Part shown: in pieces, positions 37,461 through 43,606 of the stretch | Layout of the letters: each line of letters opens with the position of its first letter | How positions within the stretch are numbered: the stretch's first letter is position 1 | NCBI RefSeq assembly: GCF_031368185.1 | Contig: NZ_JANLRB010000441.1 | Length of the DNA: 43,606 bases | Source of the DNA: Salinibacterium sp. | Lineage (GTDB): Bacteria > Actinomycetota > Actinomycetes > Actinomycetales > Microbacteriaceae | Reading direction: 5' to 3' (one strand) | Notes under the pieces: model-generated | Databases searched by the model: none | Told to the model about the DNA's origin: nothing | Seen by the model: only the letters and a program-made list of their open reading frames with translations | Position numbers and translations under genes: made by a program

Positions 37461-39731
37461 ATGCCGTCAAGCGAACTTGAGAGCGAACGACACTACGTCA
37501 GCACCCTCTACGCAAGGCTGGACGTGCTTCGAGTGGAGGCCCAGGCACAGCTTGAAGCCGTGCGCAGGAGCAATCCCGGCGGTACCCACCAGAACCGCTC
37601 GGAGCGAGACGCGTTTGCCCGCATCTATGAGGATCGCATCAGCCAGTTGCGCCAAATCGACGAGCGGCTGGCATTTGGACGCCTCGAGCTCGATTCGAAG
37701 GAGGGCGAGCCACCGGTGCATCGCTACATTGGCCGCATCGGGCTGCGCGATCACGACCTGGTTCCGCTGTTGCTCGATTGGCGGGTGCCGCAGGCCCGCG
37801 CGTTTTACCAGGCAACCGCCGCGACGCCGTTGGGAGCTCGAGCACGCCGGCACCTCCAAAGCCAGGGCCGCGATATCGTGCGCATCGACGATGAGATCTT
37901 CGATCAGGAGCTGCTGACCGGGGATGTGAGCACCCTGCAGGGCGAAGCGGCGCTGCTGGCGACGCTGACGGCGCAGCGCACCGGCCGCATGGGCGATATC
38001 GTTGCCACGATCCAGGCTGAGCAGGATGCCATCATCCGCTCCGAGTTGCGGGGCACGCTTGTGGTGCAGGGCGGCCCTGGCACCGGCAAGACCGCTGTGG
38101 CGCTGCATCGTGCTGCCTACCTGCTGTACTCATACCGGGAACGGCTAGCCTCATCCGGAGTCTTGATTGTCGGCCCCAGCCGGTCATTTCTGCAGTACAT
38201 CGAGGCGGTGCTTCCGTCCCTTGGTGAAACCGGCGTGGTGCTATCCAGCGTGGGCCAGCTCTTTCCGGGGGTCGACACCTCCCGGGATGACACCGCCGAC
38301 ATTGCCGCGCTTAAGGGGTCACTCGAGATGTCGACGCTGATTGCCAGGGCGGTGCGTTCGAGGCAGGTGGTGCCGACAGAATCGATCGTCGTCGACATCA
38401 ACGGGGAGTTGCTCACGGTTGGGCCGCACGTCATCCACAGCGCCATGCAGCGTGCGTGGGATACGAAGAAGCCGCACAATCTCGCGAGGGTCAGTTTCAA
38501 TAAGGCCGCGCTATCGAGCCTGGCGCGGATGCTCGCCGAGCAGTTGCGGTCGCACGGAAACACCATCGAGGAGAGCGACCAGTCCTGGTTGCGAGAAGAT
38601 ATTCGCACCTCCGACGACGTGAAGGTTGCGCTGAACACCGCGTGGATTCCGCTGTCTCCCCAGCGACTGCTGCAAGACCTATTTGCCCGGCCGCAGTGGC
38701 TCGCTTCACTTACGGACCGGTGGACTCCCGAACAGCGCGCGCTGCTTCACCGCGATCGCGACTCGCCCTTCACGGTCAGCGATGTCCCGTTGCTGGATGA
38801 GGCCGCTGAGCTTCTGGGCGAGGTGGATGCGAGTGCCGATGTCGATAAGCGGGAGCGCAAGCAGCAGCGCAAGCGTGATATCGAGAACGCCCAGGCGGCC
38901 ATCGAGAATATGCAGGTCGGGGGCATGGTCGACGCCGAGACGCTTGCTGAGGGCTTTCAGGCGACGGTCGAGCGCGGCACGACGGCCGAGTTGGCCGCAT
39001 CCGATCGCACCTGGGCATATGGCCACGTCGTAGTGGATGAAGCGCAGGAACTCTCGCCCATGCAGTGGAGGCTGCTGATGCGTCGAAACCCGCTGAAATC
39101 GTTCACGGTTGTGGGCGACATCGCCCAGGCTTCGGCGGCGGCCGCCGCGACGAGTTGGGCCGAGGCGTTGGCACCACACGTCGGCGAAAACTGGCGGCTC
39201 GAAGAATTGACCGTCAACTACCGCACCCCTGCCCAGATCTCTGGAGTCGCGGAGGCCATGGCACTCGCACATAGTGTCAACATCACACGGTCGCGGGCGG
39301 TGAGGCAGAGCGAGTGGCCCGTCCATGTCGTCTCCGTAGAGCACAGCCTTGCCGATGAGGTGGTGACCGTCGTGCGTGGCGATCGTGACATCGACTCCGG
39401 CGGAACCACGGCGGTCATTATGAGCGAGAGCCTCGTCGCCGTGGTGTGGCCCGCCCTTGCCGAAGCATTCGGGTCGGAGGTCGGTCGGGGTGCGGCCGGG
39501 CTGGCGCGCGCCATCGCGGTGCTCACGCCGCAGGAGTCCAAGGGCCTTGAGTTCGACGCCGTGGTGATCGTGGAGCCACAGGTCATCGTGGAGGAGATAG
39601 CCCGAGGTGCCGCAGCCCTGTACGTGGCGATGACTCGACCTACTCAGCGATTGCATCTGGTGACCTCCGGCCCCATCCCTGCCGGTATCGAGCAGAATAC
39701 CGGGCCCGCGGCACCCCTCACTTGGGTGTGA
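37461..39731 (+). CDS. helD: HelD family RNA polymerase recycling ATPase (actinobacterial class II-like)
   Basis: LAFGRL..YIGRIGL..LLDWR.P..FYQAT, IVATIQAEQD, GGPGTGKT, DEAQE, SKGLEFD, LYVAMTR. Confidence 0.88.
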   Translation: MPSSELESERHYVSTLYARLDVLRVEAQAQLEAVRRSNPGGTHQNRSERDAFARIYEDRISQLRQIDERLAFGRLELDSKEGEPPVHRYIGRIGLRDHDLVPLLLDWRVPQARAFYQATAATPLGARARRHLQSQGRDIVRIDDEIFDQELLTGDVSTLQGEAALLATLTAQRTGRMGDIVATIQAEQDAIIRSELRGTLVVQGGPGTGKTAVALHRAAYLLYSYRERLASSGVLIVGPSRSFLQYIEAVLPSLGETGVVLSSVGQLFPGVDTSRDDTADIAALKGSLEMSTLIARAVRSRQVVPTESIVVDINGELLTVGPHVIHSAMQRAWDTKKPHNLARVSFNKAALSSLARMLAEQLRSHGNTIEESDQSWLREDIRTSDDVKVALNTAWIPLSPQRLLQDLFARPQWLASLTDRWTPEQRALLHRDRDSPFTVSDVPLLDEAAELLGEVDASADVDKRERKQQRKRDIENAQAAIENMQVGGMVDAETLAEGFQATVERGTTAELAASDRTWAYGHVVVDEAQELSPMQWRLLMRRNPLKSFTVVGDIAQASAAAAATSWAEALAPHVGENWRLEELTVNYRTPAQISGVAEAMALAHSVNITRSRAVRQSEWPVHVVSVEHSLADEVVTVVRGDRDIDSGGTTAVIMSESLVAVVWPALAEAFGSEVGRGAAGLARAIAVLTPQESKGLEFDAVVIVEPQVIVEEIARGAAALYVAMTRPTQRLHLVTSGPIPAGIEQNTGPAAPLTWV

Positions 39732-39780
39732 CCCTCAGTGGGGGATTGCCGCCGGGCTCACCGCTGGCCAGTATTGCCTT

Positions 39781-39895
39781 ACGAACAACCCTCGGGGGAG
39801 GGAAAGTTCGTCAGGTGCGATTCGTCGCAGCGAGTGGGGCCGGAGGCGGGGGAGTCTCCGGCCCAACGTAGTTAACCAGGTAGGCGGAGGAACGG
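39781..39895 (+). promoter_or_regulatory. Three-hairpin structured 5' leader of the NERD gene
   Basis: CAGTAT-N6-A start; hairpins at 39781-39811, 39816-39829 and 39837-39864; GGAGG RBS. Confidence 0.6.
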
Positions 39896-40696
39896 ATGGC
39901 ACCGAGCCGCGTCCTGCGCGAACGAGTTGCTGGCCAGTCGGCGATGTTCGACGTCGTTACCGCGCAAACTCTCGCACACCGCCAGTCCAGGGTGGCCCGA
40001 ATCTTCGGGGTCAGCCCGCTCACATTCCAGTCGCGAAGTTTCTATCGAGGAGCGCTCGCCGAGTTGCTCGTGGGCGACGTGCTCGAGAATCTTGGTCAAC
40101 GCTGGGACGTGCTTCACGATGTCCCACTCCGCAGCGGATCGCTCGACCACCTTGTCATCGGGCCCGCCGGCGTATTCACGGTGCACACGGCGCACTGCAG
40201 CGGGGTGGATGTGATCATCGACGGTGATTCCCTCGTTGTCGTTGGGGAGACGCGCGACGACATCCTGGTCGCGAGGGCGGAAGCTGAGGAGGCGTCACAA
40301 CTATTGGCCGTCGCTGTGGGCAAGCCGGTTGTGGTGTGTCCGTTGCTCGTGGTGGTCGACCCCAAGCGGCTGATCATCAAGGTTCTCGCCAGTGAAGTGC
40401 GCATTATCGCCTCCGCTGACATCGAGCGACTGCTGGGCTCGGCACCCCATACTTTGAGCGGCGATGACGTCGCTTTCATCTCCGATGTGGCCGACCTGGA
40501 TGCCACCTGGCCTGCGGCGGGCACGACCGCGCTCGATACCCAACAACTTCACCGAGACTTTGGACTAATCCGCGCGCGGGTGCGAAGCGCCCTGGTGCGG
40601 CGCATCGCCTGGGCCGCCGTCGCCACGGGTGTGGTGTATCTCTCGGTCTGTACTGTGATCGCCGCCTTTGTGTCGATCATGATGACCAGCCCGTGA
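39896..40696 (+). CDS. NERD (nuclease-related domain) protein with C-terminal TM helix
   Basis: GA..E..V...L, VLHDV, DHLVIGPAGVF; hydrophobic C-terminus. Confidence 0.85.
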   Translation: MAPSRVLRERVAGQSAMFDVVTAQTLAHRQSRVARIFGVSPLTFQSRSFYRGALAELLVGDVLENLGQRWDVLHDVPLRSGSLDHLVIGPAGVFTVHTAHCSGVDVIIDGDSLVVVGETRDDILVARAEAEEASQLLAVAVGKPVVVCPLLVVVDPKRLIIKVLASEVRIIASADIERLLGSAPHTLSGDDVAFISDVADLDATWPAAGTTALDTQQLHRDFGLIRARVRSALVRRIAWAAVATGVVYLSVCTVIAAFVSIMMTSP

Positions 40697-40739
40697 TGCC
40701 ATGGACGCTTCTCCCGCGCTGGTGCGGCACGATAGAGGG

Positions 40740-41189
40740 ATGTTCCTGCGGCACCCGATCCTGAGCTTCGTGACGTTGGCCTATCTGGCCCTCGTCGGCT
40801 GGCTCACGCTCACGCCGCTCTCCACCGGGCTGGAATCCGGTGCGCTGTGGCAACTCGCGGAACTTCTGGGGCGCTACCCGGCCACCGAGTGGTTCACCTT
40901 TCTGCGGCTTGAGTTCCTCGCAAACATCGCGATGTTCGTGCCATTCGGAATTTTTTTAGTCCTGCTGTTCGGCAGGAGGATGTGGTGGCTTGCCGTCGTG
41001 CTCGGGGTGCTGATGACGATCGGGATCGAGTTTGCCCAGCAGTTCGTGCCGAATCGGGTGTCCGACCCTCGTGACCTTCTGGCCAACTCACTCGGTGCCG
41101 TGATCGGGGCGGTGCTCGCCCTCGTGCTGACGGCATCGAAGGCGCGTCGCATCCGAGTGACCGGCTCTCCACGGCGCGCATCCCCCTAA
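40740..41189 (+). CDS. VanZ family membrane protein
   Basis: EFLANIAMFVPFG, IEFAQ, R.SD.RDLLANSLG; CACGAT-N6-ATG. Confidence 0.92.
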   Translation: MFLRHPILSFVTLAYLALVGWLTLTPLSTGLESGALWQLAELLGRYPATEWFTFLRLEFLANIAMFVPFGIFLVLLFGRRMWWLAVVLGVLMTIGIEFAQQFVPNRVSDPRDLLANSLGAVIGAVLALVLTASKARRIRVTGSPRRASP

Positions 41190-41216
41190 ACCGTCGCCCT
41201 GGCCTACCCTGAGGGC

Positions 41217-41924
41217 ATGAGTTCGCGGCTCGGCACTGCCCGGTGGTGGGCGTTCGCGCCGTATGCAACGGTCGGCAGCCTGCACCTGGTCGCACTCGCT
41301 ATTGGCGCCACCACGGTGTCGGCCGCCACCAAGGGTCTTTTGATGCCAGCCCTTCTGCTCGGGATGCTCGTGGCCCTGCCCGCCGTCCGGAGCGGCATCG
41401 CACTCTGGGGTGGCCTTGCCCTGCTCTTCTCCTGGGCCGGTGACCTGTTGCTCTCCACCCCCGGCAACTCAGGATTCGTTGCCGGCCTCGGTGCCTTCCT
41501 GATTGCTCACGTCGCCTACCTGGTGTTGTTCCTGCGCGAGTTTCGCGTGCGCAGGGTGCCGCGGGTGGCGTTCGCTTTGGTGTTCTGGTGGGCAGCGCTG
41601 CTGGTGGTACTCGGCCCCTACCTCGGCACGCTGCTGCTCCCGGTGGCGGTCTATGGGTTCGTGCTTGGCGGGTCGACGGCCGCGGCATTCGGCGCGACTC
41701 GCACAATCGCGATCGGAGGGCTGCTGTTTCTTGCGTCGGATACCCTGCTCGCCTTCAAGCTGTTCTGGCCCGACTTCGCACTCTGGCAGAAAGACTCTTT
41801 GGTCATGCTGGGCTACATCCTGGGCCAGGGGTTGATCATTCTCGGCACGGTACTGATCGCTCGCCGCCGAGGCCTCATCCGCACTGCTGCCAGCGACGCC
41901 ACGCCCAGGGAGTTCACTCGGTAG
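41217..41924 (+). CDS. Lysoplasmalogenase (YhhN family)
   Basis: KGLLMP, SWAGDLLL, FLIAHVAY, FLASDTLL, Y..GQ. Confidence 0.9.
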   Translation: MSSRLGTARWWAFAPYATVGSLHLVALAIGATTVSAATKGLLMPALLLGMLVALPAVRSGIALWGGLALLFSWAGDLLLSTPGNSGFVAGLGAFLIAHVAYLVLFLREFRVRRVPRVAFALVFWWAALLVVLGPYLGTLLLPVAVYGFVLGGSTAAAFGATRTIAIGGLLFLASDTLLAFKLFWPDFALWQKDSLVMLGYILGQGLIILGTVLIARRRGLIRTAASDATPREFTR

Positions 41925-41937
41925 CAGCAAGCCGGGC

Positions 41938-43119
41938 CTATTCGGTGATGCAGCTCCCGCTTGAGACGGCATCGGTGAGACCGGCAGCCTGGGAGGCGAC
42001 CGGCCCCAGCTCCGCCATGGTCATGGCATATCCGACCTTCTCGTTATCAGCGTTACGGGCAAAAACTACGCCGGAGACGCGCCCGTCAAGGGTCAGCAGT
42101 GGTCCGCCCGAGTTGCCTTCGCGCACCGTTGCTGCAAGCGTGTAGACCTCACGGTTATTCGAGTTTGACCCATAAATATCGGCCACCTTTGCGGTGCTCA
42201 CCGAGATGACATCGGCCGCTCCGGAAATGAACGGTCCTCCGTACGGGTAGCCCTCCACCACGGCGTCGTCGCCTTCGTTCAGGGTCTCACTGGCACTGAG
42301 TGCCGCCGCAGATAGCCCGGGAGCAGCGATGACCGCGAGATCGTCGATGGGGTCGAAGTAGACGATCGAGCCCGTCACGACTTCACCGTTGGGGGCCTCG
42401 ATCACGGGTTCGCTAACGCCGGCTACCACGTGGGCATTCGTGATGATGCGGTCGTCCGAAATCACGAATCCGGAACCAGACTGCGATCGGCCGCACGCAT
42501 AAGCGTTGCCGGTGATTCGCACCACAGACTGCGCGGCCGTGTTGAGGGCCTCACTGCCGGTGTCGATCTGCGGGATGGTTGCGGTCTTCTCTCCGAGCGC
42601 GTCGGTGATGATCGGGATTCCGCGGTCGACTACCGCGCCGCGCATTTGCGCGAGAAACGCCTGCACGGGTGCCGGGGTGACGGTCGTAATGGTGGTGAGA
42701 ATCGTTGAGTCGGCGATGGCCTTCGAGAGAACCGGCACCCCGAGCTGGCTGGCGCTGAAGGAGACGACGGATGCTACGAGCGCGGCAGCCACGCCGGTAA
42801 CGACAGCTCCGGCCACCCTGTCGAACCCACCCAGCGCGCTTTTCGCCACTCCGCGACGCACTCCGCGCCCAATCGCGCTGCCCAATGCGTGCCCGAGCCC
42901 CACAAGACCAACGGCAACAAAAATGGTGACGGCCGGACGCAGCAATGACACGGGCACCCACGTCGCGGCAAGTGGCGCCAGAAAGAATGCCCCGACCACT
43001 CCGGCCACCACACCCGCAATCACAAAGACGCTTCGAGAGAATCCATTGCGGAAGCCGTACACGCTGTAGGCGATCAGCACGAGACCGAGCACGATGTCGA
43101 GAACCAGTGAGCCGCTCAC
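41938..43119 (-). CDS. marP: MarP family membrane serine protease (colicin V production TM domain plus trypsin-like domain)
   Basis: N-terminal TM helices; GSGF, TNAHVV, DLAV, GYP.GG and GNSGGP motifs. Confidence 0.92.
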   Translation of the reverse strand: MSGSLVLDIVLGLVLIAYSVYGFRNGFSRSVFVIAGVVAGVVGAFFLAPLAATWVPVSLLRPAVTIFVAVGLVGLGHALGSAIGRGVRRGVAKSALGGFDRVAGAVVTGVAAALVASVVSFSASQLGVPVLSKAIADSTILTTITTVTPAPVQAFLAQMRGAVVDRGIPIITDALGEKTATIPQIDTGSEALNTAAQSVVRITGNAYACGRSQSGSGFVISDDRIITNAHVVAGVSEPVIEAPNGEVVTGSIVYFDPIDDLAVIAAPGLSAAALSASETLNEGDDAVVEGYPYGGPFISGAADVISVSTAKVADIYGSNSNNREVYTLAATVREGNSGGPLLTLDGRVSGVVFARNADNEKVGYAMTMAELGPVASQAAGLTDAVSSGSCITE

Positions 43120-43148
43120 TGGCGGCGCCTGGACGTCTGCTTGGTCAT
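43116..43148 (-). CDS. Putative leaderless 10-aa uORF (MTKQTSRRRQ) coupled to marP
   Basis: TAGGGT-N6-ATG; its TGA overlaps the marP GTG (GTGA). Confidence 0.45.
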   Translation of the reverse strand: MTKQTSRRRQ

Positions 43149-43507
43149 TCCATGACCCTAACCCGCATGAGGGGATGTCGCGTCTCATGCTCGGTGGTCA
43201 GGTCAGCAGCTCCTGTCGCGAATGTCACTCGCCCCTGATTGATATGGCTCCCTATTACTTCTCTGGATTTCGGAAAGGTGGTTCTCGAGGGCAACACTTT
43301 CGGGCGGACCCAAGACAGCACACTGTGACGCTTGCCCAAAAATGGCGGTGCTACGTCGTCGTAAAATTGCGGTTCAGTGCATACGGAGCGGCGACTGCCA
43401 CTGCGTCGGAGTGCGCGCGCGAGAGAGGCTTCAGGTGCGATTGTCGTGTTGATATTCCCGCGACGGCCCGGACAACCGCGATGGCGAGGCGAGTGATCCC
43501 CAAGAGC

Positions 43508-43606
43508 TCAGTCGGGTGCGTGGGTATTCGTGACGACGGAGTCGATCGCATCGACCAGCATGTGCACGAGTTGCTCCCCATCCACCGTCCATGCTTCTTT
43601 TGCCAA
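43508..43606 (-). CDS. 3' end of a gene running in from beyond the window
   Basis: Open frame LAKEAWTVDGEQLVHMLVDAIDSVVTNTHAPD* with protein-like composition. Confidence 0.5.
   Translation of the reverse strand: MAKEAWTVDGEQLVHMLVDAIDSVVTNTHAPD

Noticed and set aside
39781-39811. CGAAC...GTTCG as a LexA SOS box
   Set aside because: The half-sites are 19 nt apart, not 4; better explained as an RNA hairpin
43351-43581. 76-aa minus-strand ORF
   Set aside because: Overlaps the more protein-like frame ending at 43508; no motifs

Overview
High-GC actinobacterial chromosome segment. Gene content and order suggest Micrococcales, probably Microbacteriaceae (inference). It carries about 40 mostly housekeeping CDSs: infB-rbfA...truB-ribF interrupted by Fpg/Nei and MutY glycosylases, a deoC/aldehyde dehydrogenase/ribokinase cluster, an SNF2-like helicase with a Stealth protein, cpdA, maltokinase, aspA, Ada-AlkA, a DksA-like zinc finger, PrsW, HelD, NERD, VanZ, YhhN and MarP. 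There is one decayed VOC-family pseudogene. I saw no rRNA, tRNA, CRISPR array, transposase or integrase. The most interesting signals are small and not in the ORF track: (1) a ~65-nt sRNA candidate with its own promoter and terminator, divergent from helD; (2) a three-hairpin GGGGGA-loop leader before the NERD gene; (3) structured elements between infB and rbfA and upstream of the SNF2 helicase; (4) two leaderless 9-10 codon uORFs, each coupled by a GTGA overlap to truB or marP; (5) a shared C-terminal P-x-[ST]-x-x-I tail on unrelated enzymes; (6) a split ALDH16-like pair next to a eukaryote-like DERA; (7) a CC-N5-GGGGGA box at about -43 of two weak promoters. All were read by eye, and their novelty cannot be established without database searches.
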